A DNA stretch of 63,706 bases, filler included, from Chiloscyllium plagiosum (GCF_004010195.1; 4 parts of one record of this genome joined end to end with filler, not necessarily neighbours in it); one strand, 5' to 3'. Shown: positions 1 through 13,404, counted from the first letter of the whole stretch. Notes: generated by a model not told the origin, from the letters alone. Numbers and translations are program-made.

Positions 1-1530
1 CTTGAAGATGTGTATGTGAGCTGAGTCAGAAGTGAAGTGAGGAAAGTACATTGAGGCCATTTGAAGGGGGTGACTGGAGAACTGGCCACAGGGAAGAGGC
101 AGATAATTTACACCAGTATTTCCGCATGGGGAAGACACTGTAAGCATGTTAATGGTTTAAACAAAATAGTAATAGGAGGGAAATTATTGAACTGTCTCTA
201 ACAAAAGGAGCAAGGTTTTTAACTAACAGATAAGAATAAGGATAGGCAGGTCAGCAGTAATTCATAGTTAATTTTAAAAGAAGTGGTCACAGAGTGACTT
301 GCGGCACTGTGTGAAATATTCCTTAATTCTCTGGATTACAGGAGTGTTCCAGTGAAACTGTAGAATCTCCAATGTGGCGCCTGTCTTCAAGAAAGGAATG
401 AGATAGAAGACAGGAACAATTTAGCCTAACCATTATTGCTGGGAATCTGCTAGAACCTGTTATTAAGGAAGGAATTTCAGGGCACTTAGAAAAGCTTAGT
501 GGAGAGTTGGCATGGTTTGTGAAGGGGAAACTATTTTTGTCCTGTAAAATCATACAAATTATTTTTTGGAGATCCCTGAGAATGTCAAGATTAGAGCCAT
601 GCTGGAAAAGCACAGCATGTCAGGCATCATCCAAGGAGCAGGAAAATCAATGTTTTGGCAGGAACTCTTCATCAGGAATCACTGAGAAAATGACAAGCAG
701 ATTTGATAAAGCGAACTGGTCAACATGAGACTTTCCAAAAATTTTTCACAAGGCATCACAAAATAAACGTTCTGACACGTGACAGAGGCTCGTAGTATGA
801 TGAATAATATATTAGCTTGGGATGATAGTTGTTTAACACATAGAAATCGGAGAGTCAGGATTAATGGATCTTTATGATAAAGAAATATCTACTGGATTAC
901 CACAAATATCAGGCCGATGGCATCAGTTATTTACTATCTACACTGATAGCCTGATGGCGGGAACTGAGTGCAATATACATCCGAGTTTGTGGATGACACT
1001 GAGAACCAAAATGCAGGCTGTTATTTCATGAAGAGGACTCCCAAATAAGGAGCAGTACAAAGGGATTGGAGTGTTCCTTTGTATGAATCATAACGTTAGC
1101 ATGGTGATGCAGCAGGTAACTAGGTTGGTTCATGAGGCGGCTTCCTGGGATGAAAGGAATGAATTATTGAATGCATCTCCAATGGTGAGGCGATTATTCA
1201 TTGTGATTGAATTGAATGAGGGTGATATTATTGAACTGTACAAGATTCAGAGGGAGCTGCACTAGGTATATGCTGACAAGGTGTTTCCCCTGAGTCTCGA
1301 ACTCGAAGCGGTGGATACCGAATAAGGAACATCGATTTCAATCTGAGGTGAAAAATGATGAACTTTCTCAGAAGGCAGTAAATGTCTGGAATTCCCTAAC
1401 CCAGAGAGTTGTGGAGGGATACAGGGAAATGGGTAGGAAAGTGGAGTTGAGCCCGGAGGTACGTCAGCAATGTTCTTATTGAATGAGAGTTCAGGCCTGA
1501 GGGGCCGAATATCCGACTCATGTTCCTACT
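1..1530 (+). mobile_element. Old, highly decayed CR1-type LINE fragment (RT region to 3' end)
   Basis: Remnants such as TTTGTGGATGACAC (F-[A/V]-D-D-T) and a CR1-like 3' tail (GGCCGAATATCCGACTCATGTTCCTAC); many stops and frameshifts. Confidence 0.6.
586..679 (-). mobile_element. Solo Penelope-like 3' end (pLTR) remnant with degenerate hammerhead motif
   Basis: GCTGGAAAAGCACAGC...TTCATCAGGAAT, homologous to 52210-52291; same insertion as 15999-16093 in copy B. Confidence 0.75.
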
Positions 1531-1680
1531 TCTTAAGTTTTTACGTTATGTTTTTTGGAAAGTAATTGGTTATTTTCCTGGAAGTCGTGTTGTACAATGT
1601 TGCATTTGGGAGAGGAGGAAATTTGCCTGAGTTAACCCTGGATGGGATATGGGGGCTGTATTCCGAGCAATTCCAGAGCA

Positions 1681-2060
1681 AGAAGGTTGAAAGGCGACCT
1701 GATAGAAGTTTATAAAATAATGAGGGGTGTAGATAGAGTTAACGATAGCTGTCTTTTCCCTAGGACGGTGGATTTCAACACTAGGGGGCATATTTTTTAA
1801 GTGAGAGGAGAGAGATTTAAAAAAGACACGAGCTGCAAATTTTTTACACAGAAGGTGGTTTGCATGTGGAATCAATTTCTATTGAAAGTTGTGGATATAG
1901 GTACCATTACAACATTTAAAAGACATTTGGATAAGTTCACGAATAAGAAAGGTTTAGAGGTATATGGGCCAAGTACAGGCAGGTGGGACTAGTTTAGTTT
2001 GAGATTCTGTTCGGTATGGACTGGTTGAACCCAAGGGTCTGTTTCTGTGCTGTATGACTC
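1681..2060 (+). mobile_element. CR1 LINE 3' fragment
   Basis: Encodes RGERFKKDTSCKFFTQKVVCMWN...TFKRHLDK, typical CR1 ORF2 C-terminus, followed by a 3' UTR ending CTGTGCTGTATGACTC. Confidence 0.85.
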
Positions 2061-2336
2061 GACGACAGCTCCTGCCAACTGGACACTGAGACTCCTGACA
2101 TGAAAGTCAGAGCAGTGACCTGATGAATGTAAATTGCTGTTTGCAGGGCATGGGAAGCAACTATCCATCGACATTGGCATCTGCAGCATTACAACACACC
2201 TCTGATCCAGTTCACCGGTACCCTTCATTGCAATTCTGCCGCAATGTTTACAGGTTGGGGAATTTTTAAAAATACATTCCTTCATAGGAATTGGGCATCA
2301 CTGGCTAGGCTGGCATTTATTTCCCATCCCTACCCA

Positions 2337-2665
2337 GTGGTTAGCACTGCTGCCTCACAGCACCAGAGAGCTGAGTTCAATGACAACCTCGTCCGACACT
2401 CTGTGTGGAGTTTGAGCATTCTTTCCGTGTCTGTGTGGGTTTCTTCCCAGTTCTCCAGTTTCCTCCCACAGTTCAAAGATGTGCAGCTTAGTTTGATTGG
2501 CCATGCTAAATTACGCAGCGTGACCATGGATGTGTAGGTTAAGTGGGTTATTCATGGGAATTGCAGGGTTAAATGGATAGGGTAGGGGGACAGGTCTGGA
2601 TGGGATACTGTTCAGTGGGTTAGTGTGAACTCGATGGGTCGAATGTCCTGCTTCCACACTTTGGG
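2337..2665 (+). mobile_element. Diverged HE1/V-SINE-like element
   Basis: GTGGTTAGCACTGCTGCCTCACAGC head and TGTGTGGGTTTCTTCC core; homologous to 12845-13156. Confidence 0.85.
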
Positions 2666-3311
2666 GGTTCAATGACAACGGGATTAAGTTTGGGCTATTC
2701 AACTCCCAGTCGATATACACCTTATCCACTCGCCTCAAGGCTTTGTATATTTCAATAAGATCAGCTCTCATTCGAAGGGTAACCGGTTAAAGTCTCCATA
2801 ATATCAGCCCTTCATGCATGGAATAAATGAAGTGAAACACCTCAGAACTGCTTCCAGTGTTACTATATCCTTTCTCAGATAAGAATGCAAAACTAAAACT
2901 AATCTCACACTCCGATGAATCGGTTTATCTTTATTTTCTCAGTGTAGTGAGTCTTTTGAACACTCTTCCCAGCAGAACATAGGAGGCAGAGATATTGAAT
3001 ATTTTTGAGGCAAGGTTCACAGATCACAAAGGCGTCAAGGATTATCGAGGAGTGGGCAGCAATGTGCATTGTGGGGAAAATGTAGACAGTGCTACCGAAT
3101 GACACGGCTCCAGAATATCCAGGAATTCAACGAAATAGATAACATCGATAAAGTTTTATCGGGGAAACAAGATGGCAGCGATCTGAAAGGTCTGCTTTGC
3201 TGAGCTCTGCATCACAATGATGCTCAACCCCACCCCACCACAGTCATTTACTTAAAAGTTAACACTAAAAGAGCTATAGAATCCTTACTAATGCCATTTT
3301 GTCAAGTGGAA

Positions 3312-4117
3312 ATGACAACATGGGAAAGGATCAAGTAAGTCCCAACAAGCGGTGTACCCGTCAGAAGCTTTCAGCATGCCTGTGGCCGCATCTGCAACCC
3401 CCTCTGCTCGTTCGATGGCCCAATTTACTCACCAGGTCTTGGTCACCGAATTCACCAAGTTGCGTGAAATGATTGAAGGCATGATTGAAGAAAAGTTAAG
3501 CAGGAGGCTAGAACCACTCTCAGCCGTGGTCCAAAAACATGAACAGCAAATTAAAAGCCTTGGAAACAGAACGGATGAGGTCGAGCGCCAAACTACAGGG
3601 GCAGAGTCTGTGATCGATTCCTCTCAGGAACGGATCCTCGCCCTTGAAAAACAGGTCCGCACCTTAGCTGAACAAGCTGACGCCCTCGAAACAGGTGCAG
3701 AAGGAAGAATGTTCATATCATCGGTCTGCTGGAGACATAAGGTGTTCATCCAGTGAGATTTTTTTCGAAGCTGAAGCTGAAGAGCGACGGGTGAAGAGTG
3801 AGGCAGTTCATCGGACGCCCTCACCCTATCCTTGTGCGATTACGTAGTTGCAGAGACAATCAAAGACTTGTGGAAGCTTCCAGAACACAGAGAAAAGATC
3901 CGACGAGGGCTCCAGGATTATGTTCTTCCAGGTCTTTTCAGCGGCAGTAATTCAGGAAAGAAACTCTTTTGATGATATCAAGAGAAGACTAAGGGAACTT
4001 GAGATTCACTATTCCTTCATGAACGCAGCAGTGCTTTCAATAGCTCTACCCACTGGTGGACCTTTCAATAGATTCATTGACGCTCCAGAGGACGCGAAAA
4101 CATTGTGGACACTATAA
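3312..4117 (+). pseudogene. L1 ORF1 remnant (frameshifted)
   Basis: ORF fragments 3352-3756 (heptad-like) and 3848-4117 (ORF1 C-terminal-like). Confidence 0.8.
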
Positions 4118-4643
4118 AGCAGGCTGGATGCTTTAATGGATATCGATAATTATGTTTCTCGCGTTTGAAAGAAAGCTTGTTGAATCTTTCTTGTATTAAG
4201 TAGTGTTAAATTATAGTCGGGGATGGGTAGAGTACATACTTTTAACTTCATTAATATTACTACTCGTTTTTCTCTTGCTTAGTTTGTGTGTCGGGTTCGG
4301 CTCAAGCTGGAGGGAGTTATGAAGGTGATCATGATGACTGAATGCCTACCTAAGAGCAGTTCAATCCCTGGATGCAGTATTGATAATGGGGCAGAAAATA
4401 AAGATTTGTGACGTGCAAATGCCCCCAGTGGGCGGGGGGTAAATGCCCCTCCTGAGTGCCATTGGCACATTGTATCCTTTTCTTTGTATGTATTTAATTA
4501 TGGAACGTTTGGAGAGCTTATTAGTTGTAGTAGCTTTAGTTAGTATGTTTCTTTTAGGGTCTATGAGTCGTTTTTCATTGACGCTCAGCGATTTGTAATT
4601 CGAGTTCTTCTTCTCAGGAGTTCAAATGTTATTCTCGTGTGTT

Positions 4644-7600
4644 ATGGCTAATGTCATGCTTAAATGGTGTATTTGTAGCATTAAGGGGAGGCAGTTAAGA
4701 GGGAAAAGGTACTTTCTATCCTTAGAAAGGAGAAAGGAGAGGGTGGATATTGTCCGATTGCAGGAGATGCACCTTGATGACAAGGAATATTTGACATTAC
4801 AGCAGGGCGGGTTTGATGGGTTTATTTCTCGTCTTTTAATACTAGGAGTAGAGGAGAAGTCATACTGGATAGGAAGAATTTTCCATTATCATCACGAGTT
4901 TGTATTAGGCACCCACGGAGGATCATAATCCTCAAATATATATGGGGAAGAAACGCTATTTTGAATGTTATTGCTCCCTGGTGCACAGCCTTAAATTCCT
5001 GATATATGCATTTTCGAAATTAAGTAATCTTTCTTCGCAGCTCATTATTGTAGGAGGAGACTTCAATTGTCTTTTGCACCCACCGTGGAAAGAATGCCCA
5101 AAAGCCACCAGTACCATATTTACAATCTAAGCAATTAGTGGATTTTTGTGTGGAACTAGGGCTGGTGGATGTTTGGAGGCAGATCCACCTCATGTATACG
5201 GATTTTGCTTTTTCTTTTAACCCGCAGAAATGCCACACGAGTTTGATCTCTTCCTCACCTTGCAGCAATTTTCGATTCAGTGGTGTTCTGTACAATTGGG
5301 AATATTACCATTTCTGACCATGCAGCAGTATACTTATTGGTTAAGATTAAGGGTAATACAGCAGGCTCAAGACCCTGGCGAATGGATCCCTTTATTCTTA
5401 GGGATAGTCAGTTCATTGAGTATTTCTGTAATGAAGTCAGATATTTCTTAGCCATTAATTCAGATCCAACCAGTAACCCACCCATTCTATGGAAAATTGC
5501 TAATGCTGATGCCAAAGGAATAATTATTCCTTAGGATGCGGCAGATGCTGGAGCAGGAACGCTTGCTCCAGGCACTGTTGAAGGCAGCCGAGCGGGTATA
5601 CTGTGATAGACCCTCGGTGGCTAGGCTGCAGAGGATCACAACGCTTCGGTGTACAATGAATTTTATTCTCACACAGACAACCAAGAATGAACTTACTTTT
5701 GCAAAACAAAGGCTGTTTGAGCATGGTGATAAGCCGGGCAAGTATTTAGCCTATCTTGCGTGGTAAAGAGAGCCCCAAAGTCATTGCCTCAGGGAAGGTA
5801 CTGGAACCTTTACCTGCAATCCCATAAAGGTTAAAGCAACATTTCGGAGATTTTACTCCGAATTATATCAGACGGAGCATAATGAGGTTAGGTGGATTAA
5901 GATGGAGTCTTTCTTCAAGAACTTGAATATTCCAGGGAATACCCATAAGTAAGAGTCTTGCCTTAATGCACCATTGTCAGTGCTGGAGGATGTAAAGCAG
6001 CTTCAGGGCGGAAAGTCGCCCGATCCTGACGGATCTCCAAGTGAATTTTAAGTGTAATTTATAGACCTATTGTCAGGGCCGATGCTCACCATGTTAGTCA
6101 CTCACACAGTCACGACTGACTCCTACCATCCTTAAGAGAGGTTCATGTCTCTTTTATTCTTAAGAAAACGAAAACACTGGAAGATTGTGCTTCTTATAGG
6201 CCCATCTCACTTTTAAATGTTGATTTCAAAATCCTGTCTGAGACCCTTACATTATGGTTGGAAAATGTGTATCCTTCCATTGTCAAACTGGACCGAATCA
6301 GCTTATAAAGGGCTGCAGATACTCCCAACAATATTAGAAGATTACTCAATATTGTCCAAGCATGTCCAGAACAAATTATATAGGTATAAGTGATCCCTTT
6401 TAACGCAGAGAAGGCATTTGATTGGGTTGAGTGGCTGTATCACTTGTATACGTTGGAATGGTTTGGTCGAGGGAAAGTTTTAATCAAGTGGATGATGGCC
6501 CTTGAAATTGATCCTCTGGCCACGTTTCTCACCAATGTTATGCGATCCTATAACATTAATATTGCTAGAGGCAGTCCAAAGTAGACCCCTTTTGCCAGTG
6601 TTGTTTACGTTGGTGATTGAGCCACTGGTGAAGGCCATCTGCAGGGACACCAACATATCTGCCCCAGAAGTGGGAGAGAAGTCACGTAAGATTACATTGT
6701 CAGCAGATGATGGTCTAATATTTTTATTAAATCCCACAGTTTTGGTGCCTCAACTCATGCAATGCATCACTTCGAATGATGCCTTTTCCGGCTGCACCAT
6801 TGATTTTACAAAGTCGGAGGCCATGTCTATGGGCAATATTGGGGAAATACCTGATGTCGATGGAGAAACCTGGTTTCTTTTTCAATGGTCCCGGGGTTTA
6901 TGGGGATATTCCCTATTTAGGTGTATTCATTAATCCTATCTTTGAACTTATATTTAACGTGGAATTTGTCCGTTTGTTTGACAAAATTAAACAAGACTTT
7001 AGAAAATGGGAGGCACTTCCAATATGCTGGCTAGATCGGATAGCTCTTATTAAAACGAATTCCCTCCCTTGCTTGCTTTTAACCCATGTGAATGTTTTAT
7101 TTGATGTTTCCCAGATAGACATTTAGGAGATTTAATGGACGATTTAGCTCTTTGACTTGTCACCATAAGCGACCCCTTATCAAGTTAACCAAATTACAAC
7201 CACCCCACAGTTTGTGGAGAGTAGTTCTCCCGGATATTAAAATCTATCAATTAAGCTCTTTGTTACCCCGTGTTAGTGAGGCTCGGCGTCAATATGGTAA
7301 GATATTGAAACTTCTCAGGCAAAGTGCTCCCTTATTCGTCTGCTATTCATAGACAAAATGAGGACGGGGTTACGGAGTATTGCCATTTCCCAATGAGTGT
7401 CAATAATTTTAAAGTAGGGAGGGCAATGTGTCCGATCGAGGGCAATATAGCCAAACCTCATTTCTTACCCCAAAACTTGGTGTACAGTGTTTGCGACGGG
7501 GGGAATACTCGATTCCATGTTTAAACTATTGGCAACTCGTGGGTGTATCTTGCTTTGATGATTTATCAGAGGGAAAAACAAGGATGTCCTTTGATCAAAT

Positions 7601-8755
7601 AAGTCGTAACTCTCGATTACTGAGTAGAGATCTCTTCTGTTTTCTTTTTATGAGATCAGAGATGTTATTCAAAAAAGAACCACGCTTTTAACAGACCCAT
7701 ACAGATCCAATACAGAGAAGAGGGTGCTTGGTGCTAAGAACACACCATCTGTCAGTACCCTTTATCATTTGTTGGAGAGCGGCCCTCAGATGAGACTTTG
7801 TGCCTTTCTGAGGTCTACAAAGAGAGTTGGGGGTTCAGATCTCTTCGGACACAGGGGAGGATATTTGTGAAAATGCAAGAAGTATTTCGATCTGTNNNNN
7901 NNNNNNNNNNNNNNNNNNNNNNNNNNNNNNNNNNNNNNNNNNNNNNNNNNNNNNNNNNNNNNNNNNNNNNNNNNNNNNNNNNNNNNNNNNNNNNNNNNNN
8001 NNNNNNNNNNNNNNNNNNNNNNNNNNNNNNNNNNNNNNNNNNNNNNNNNNNNNNNNNNNNNNNNNNNNNNNNNNNNNNNNNNNNNNNNNNNNNNNNNNNN
8101 NNNNNNNNNNNNNNNNNNNNNNNNNNNNNNNNNNNNNNNNNNNNNNNNNNNNNNNNNNNNNNNNNNNNNNNNNNNNNNNNNNNNNNNNNNNNNNNNNNNN
8201 NNNNNNNNNNNNNNNNNNNNNNNNNNNNNNNNNNNNNNNNNNNNNNNNNNNNNNNNNNNNNNNNNNNNNNNNNNNNNNNNNNNNNNNNNNNNNNNNNNNN
8301 NNNNNNNNNNNNNNNNNNNNNNNNNNNNNNNNNNNNNNNNNNNNNNNNNNNNNNNNNNNNNNNNNNNNNNNNNNNNNNNNNNNNNNNNNNNNNNNNNNNN
8401 NNNNNNNNNNNNNNNNNNNNNNNNNNNNNNNNNNNNNNNNNNNNNNNNNNNNNNNNNNNNNNNNNNNNNNNNNNNNNNNNNNNNNNNNNNNNNNNNNNNN
8501 NNNNNNNNNNNNNNNNNNNNNNNNNNNNNNNNNNNNNNNNNNNNNNNNNNNNNNNATGTTCTGTTGTGTTGGGTGTCTGAAAACCCCCGGGTCTGTTGGG
8601 TTGTCGTAACCTCGTCATGGAGAATAGCCATTTGGACTTTTTTAAAGGTATGTTGCACCAGGAAATAAAGGCTTTTTATAAGAAATGGCAGCCCTTTTTG
8701 CATTACCAAGATACAGGCTGATCTGCCACTCTAATAAGGACTTGTATATAGCTAT
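4644..8755 (+). pseudogene. L1 ORF2 remnant (APE endonuclease + RT), many stops and frameshifts
   Basis: Starts MANVMLKWCICSIKG; motifs are scattered across all three frames. Confidence 0.88.
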
Positions 8756-9079
8756 GACAAACTTGACTAATGAATCTAATGTCCGGAGAGGAAGAATTAC
8801 GAACAAATGAATGTGTATTAGTTAATGCTTTTGAAGGTTGCGAGCTATAGTTTTGTTACACTGAGCTCTACTATTCATTTTTAATTTTCTTTATTTTTCT
8901 TCAGTCCGTTGATTTACCTTGCTTTTTTATGTACATGCACATGTGTGTAATTGTGTTCAATTTGCATTGTTTTTTTGAGTTTGGTACTTATTGGTTCATT
9001 GAAGCACTAAAGAGATTTTCTCTGAATAAAAATATTTTTGAAAAAATTAAAATGTTTACATGGATAGAATAGAGTCCCA

Positions 9080-9260
9080 AAGGACCACTTGCTCATTAGT
9101 GAGAGCACAAATTATGGTTTATCTTAAGGGTCATCACACCTTGGGTGATAGGATGATGTTGAGAGGGCGACCCCTTCATTGCAACCTCTGTCTGTGTGGG
9201 GAATTGAACCTGCGCTGTTAGCCTTCCTGTGCATCACAAGCCAGCCAACAGATTGCGAGA
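9080..9260 (-). mobile_element. Diverged tRNA-headed SINE
   Basis: GGGAATTGAACC is the reverse complement of a B-box (GGTTCAATTCCC); also present in copy B near 24150-24330. Confidence 0.55.
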
Positions 9261-11271
9261 CTGTGTAACTGCTATAAGATAGAAATAGCCAAAGTCAATG
9301 TAAAATATAACCTTTGATAAGAAGGTAAAAAAGGCACAATTCAGATAATGGTCAAGATAATGGCTGAGGAAAAAAAAAACTCCGCTGGAAATTGCATTTC
9401 ATAACGAGACAGTTGATTGGATGCTGTCTTTGGTTGAATATAATAAGGTGACCCAAGCGAAATAAACAGAATTAATAATTGTGATTAGATATCGATAACT
9501 ATAAAATGTGAGTACATATTTGATTGGTGTGTGTTAAGCATGCTAACCATTGTATGAAAGTTAACAACTTATGGAACATATTTTTGGAGGGTTGATCCCC
9601 ATGGGAAATACCTCCCGAACACATGCTTGAAGAAACCCAGGGTAGAAAGTGCGTGAGTATCGTCTGGTCAGTGACAGGAAACCAGAGGTATGAATGATTG
9701 AAAGTTCCTGCAACGTGAAGCCCAGGAGATAGTCAGATCACCCCGATTTTATTAAATGGTACAGCACATTTGAAGGGCTGAATGGACTCATTATGGATTT
9801 TAATTGCACGTGATTTAAAAAAAAACACAATCTGCTCCTTCACATAATGTTTTATACGCTGGGGCACTGCCATTTTCCAGAAACTGGGAATTATTTGGAA
9901 TATTATCTGGAACATTCCATAATCAGCATTCTCCGGAGAATTCTACGATCTGGGGGGATATTACAAAGGCAAGAGATACGGGGGGGGGTGCTTCATGCAG
10001 GAGTGAGAGTGGTGGAGCATAAACCTTGTTCAAGTGTCGGTGCTGGAACAGACATACATTGAGTGTGAGGGACCAGAGAGCATACGATGACCCTTATCCT
10101 CGCAGAGTGGGAAATGTTATCGATGCTTGTTCTGTATTGCTAGACATTACTACAGATCGCAGATACTGCACTGAACTGGGTGGTGAGCTCAGACCTTGCT
10201 CGGTGGGTCTGGTGGTGTGGCCCGCTTGGGAAGAGATGTACTAATCCATCCACCAGGACATCTGTGACCCTGTTGACAAACCGTGGCGTGATTGGACCTT
10301 ATCTGCTATGCTCTGGGTAAACTGTACATGTCAGCTCCAAACTGAGGAATGCTCAATCGAGTGCCCACTGTCCTTTTAAAGATGCCACCAGTGCCAGGGA
10401 TAATGGAATATCCAGGGGTATCCAGGCGATGGTGGGTACCTCTAGCCATGATGGGTGGGGAAATCGAGCTAGCATTGAATGAGAGGGACACCATGGGGTA
10501 GGGTGGGTAGTTAATGAGGTGAGTTCGATAAGATAGCACCAGGAAACTAGCTCGGCCTCGTGCAGACAATCCCCCTTGTCACCCTCAATGAAAATCATTC
10601 AAAGATAAATTATTGTTAGATTCAGATGGATGAGTTGAAGACTCTGCCGACCCCATTCACAGTTACAGAGTTGCAGAACAAATCCTCATCCAAAACTCTC
10701 CATCATCTGTTCTCACACCGATATTCTGTTCACCATCATTCCTGGTAATACTGGCTTATTTTGCCGGATGCGTTCGAAATGTCTATATCACAGCATTCTG
10801 AAACCTGTGAACACATCCTTCCATGACATTGTTGCTCAATCTTACCCTCTCTGTCTATACCCAATACCACTTTCATTTACAGTCATGTACAGAGACAGGC
10901 CCTTCAGCCAAAACTGGTCCATACCAACAAAAATGTCTGTCCACATTTACCCCATGTCCCTGCACTTGGCCCATATTCTTCTCTGCCTTTCCTATTCATA
11001 TATTTCTCGAACAAAGTGCAGCGAGGTTTTGTGACATCAAGAAACGCCTCAGGAAAGATCTCACTGAATCTACCATTCATCTCACCCTAGCAATCAGATT
11101 ACACAGAAACAATTTGACTGGAGGTTATAAACAAGAAGTACAAGCAAAGTCAATACTGCAGGGAAAAAATGTGTACGTTCCAAACAGGAATTAGATATAC
11201 AAGCGTTTGCAGGCAAAACTCAACGGGTCTGGTACCATTTGAAGGAAAAAAGTCGAAAGTTTGGCCCTCGA

Positions 11272-11345
11272 ATAGCACAGCAGGTCAGGGCGCATCCAAA
11301 GAGCAGGAAAGTCTATGTTTCGGTCATAAGCCCTTCATCAGGAAT
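11272..11345 (-). mobile_element. Solo Penelope-like pLTR remnant with hammerhead motif
   Basis: Minus strand reads ATTC-CTGATGA-AGGGCTTATGACC-GAAAC-ATA. Confidence 0.75.
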
Positions 11346-11729
11346 TCATTTCAGAATTCACTTTTTGCTAATCCTCCGTAGGAAGACAGTGAGTCGACAT
11401 TTTTAATTTGGGGATTCTTCATCCGAACAGTTTTTGTTTCAGATCTCCAGTATATGCAGCTCTTTGTTTTAGTTTAGATCAGCAATTATCTTGCATGCTG
11501 CAGTATTAATGGACAATTTGATCTGGGAAGAAGGGGAAGGGGTGAGGGTAGAAGAGCACGCAATGTGTCAGTCACAGCTTAAGGCCCTGTCATTCAGAAT
11601 GTAAATCCTGGGGTGGAGGTAAAGGAGGGCTTGTCGGAAGCACCACACTGGAATTCAACATCATTTCAACAGATGTGACAAATCCAGAGAAAGTGGAAGG
11701 ATGCAGTTTCTCTCGCAGCTGGTCATTGA

Positions 11730-12065
11730 GTGGCACAGTGGTTAGCAATAGTGCCTTACAGCACCAATGACCTGGGTTCGATTCCACCCTTTGGTGACTC
11801 TCTGTGCGGTGTTTGCACCTTCTCCCTGTGTGTGTGTGAGTTTCCTCTGGGTGTTTGGATTTCCTCTCACAGCGAAAAATGTTCAGGTTAGGTTCAGTGA
11901 CCTCAGTAAATTGTTCCACAGTATCCAGGGATATGCAGGTTCGTTGGATTGTCTATGGGAAATGCGGAGTTACTGGGGTAACGTTTGGGTTTGTTGGTCG
12001 GGATGTTATCTTGAGGGTCAGTGTGGACTCGGTGGGCCAAATGGCCTGGTTCCACACTGCAGGAC
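11730..12065 (+). mobile_element. Diverged HE1/V-SINE-like element
   Basis: TGGCACAGTGGTTAGC A-box, GGGTTCGATTCC B-box, conserved core and tail. Confidence 0.85.
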
Positions 12066-12129
12066 TTCTATAATGTCCATGTAGCTGTCTGTGTTTGAAA
12101 ACTTTTCCCAGGATCCTACCTATAAGTGC

Positions 12130-12832
12130 TAACACAATTTGCCTCAACAAAATGCTACACCTTCCGTTTGTCTAACATGAACTCCATCAGCTACTCCTTG
12201 GCCCTTTAGCGTATCTGATCAGCGTCCCGTTTTACTCTGAGTTAACCATCTTCACTGTCCACTACATCACCTATTTTGGTGTTATCTGCAAACTCGCTAA
12301 CCATGCCTATTGTATTCACATCCAAATCATTTTATAAAATGACAAAATCCATTAGATCCTTGTGGTACACTGCTGGTCACAGGCCTCCAGACCAAAAAGA
12401 AAGTTCACAAACATTTCCTTCATCTATTACCTTCGAGCCAATTACCTCCAACTCTCCCTGTATTCCATATGATCTCACCATGCTAACCATGTCTTACTAA
12501 AGTCCACATTCCAATCCACAGTTCTATTTCTGAGCCTTCATTAATCTTATTCGTCACTTCTTAAAAACGCTAAATCAACTTAGTGAGACACGATTTCCCA
12601 CATGCAAAGTCATGTTGACAATCGCTTATCGGAATTTACATTTCCAAAGACAAGTAAATCCTGTCTCTCTGAATCCCCTCCAACAAGTTACTCACCAATG
12701 ACATCAGTCCCACTTGTCTACAGTTTCCTAGCTTTTCCTTATGAACTGTTGGTTAACAATGGCACAAACTTCCCTGTGACTGTCCATGATACAAGTATCT
12801 CAACCAGAGACCGAACAATTACTTCCCTAGCT
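12130..12832 (-). mobile_element. CR1 LINE RT-region fragment
   Basis: GTTATCTGCAAA is the reverse complement of F-A-D-N; paralogous to 27400-27960. Confidence 0.7.
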
Positions 12833-12844
12833 GTGCCACCGTGT

Positions 12845-13156
12845 GGGCGGCACGGTGGCACAGTGGTTAGCACTGCTGCCTCACAGCGCCAGAGACCCGG
12901 GTTCAATTCCCGCCTCAGGCGACTGACTGTGTGGAGTTTGCACGTTCTCCCCGTGTCTGCGTGGGTTTCCTCCGGGTGCTCCGGTTTCCTCTCACAGTCC
13001 AAAGATGTGCAGGGTCAGGTGAATTGGCCATACTAAATTGCCCATAGTGTTAGGTAAGGGGTAAATGTAGGGGTATGGGTGGGTTTCGCTTCGGCCGGTC
13101 GGTGTGGACTTGTTGGGCCGAAGGGCCTGTTTCCACACTGTAATCTAATCTAATCT
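12845..13156 (+). mobile_element. Young HE1-type SINE
   Basis: GGGCGGCACGGTGGCACAGTGGTTAGCACTGCTGCCTCACAGCGCCAGAGACCCGGGTTCAATTCCCG tRNA-like head, V-domain-like core, (TAATC)n tail. Confidence 0.95.
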
Positions 13157-13161
13157 GTTAT

Positions 13162-13404
13162 GGGCGGCACGGTGGCACAGTGGTTAGCCCTGCTGCCTCA
13201 CAGCGCCAGAGACCCGGGTTCGATTCCCGCCTCAGGCGACTGACCAGTGTGGAGTTTGCACATTCTCCCCGTGTCTGCGTGGGTTTCCTCCGGGTGCTCC
13301 GGTTTCCTCCCACACTCCAAAGATGTGCAAGTCAGGTGAATTGGCCATGCTAAATTGCCCGTAGTGTTAGGTAAAGGGGTAAATGTAGGGGTATGGGTGG
13401 GTTA
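13162..13404 (+). mobile_element. Young HE1-type SINE, second tandem copy, cut by gap
   Basis: Near-identical to 12845-13084. Confidence 0.93.

Larger units (their letters stand above)
3161..9050 (+). mobile_element. Near full-length decayed L1-clade LINE, copy A (contains an N gap)
   Basis: 5' GGGGAAACAAGATGGC; ORF1 coiled-coil and IMFFQ..SFDDIKRRLREL remnants; ORF2 endonuclease (LQEMHL, IIVGGDFN, ISDHA) and RT (YRPISLLNVDFKIL, NAEKAFDWVEW, LFTLVIEPL, LSADD, YLGV); AATAAA and A-rich end near 9025-9050. Confidence 0.93.
16..10794 (+). repeat. Segmental duplication unit, copy A
   Basis: Colinear with 15434-25855 from GTGAGCTGAGTCAGAAG to CGAAATGTCTATATCACAGC; roughly 90-95% identical by eye; paired ORF translations (e.g. 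323-613 vs 15739-16029). Confidence 0.95.

Noticed and set aside
3161..9050. Active L1 and a target-site duplication around it
   Set aside because: Both ORFs are multiply disrupted and no convincing TSD is visible in the AT-rich flanks.
12845..12915. Genuine tRNA genes at SINE heads (also 13162 and 51927)
   Set aside because: The A/B-box heads continue into the HE1 body and tail; they are SINE promoters.
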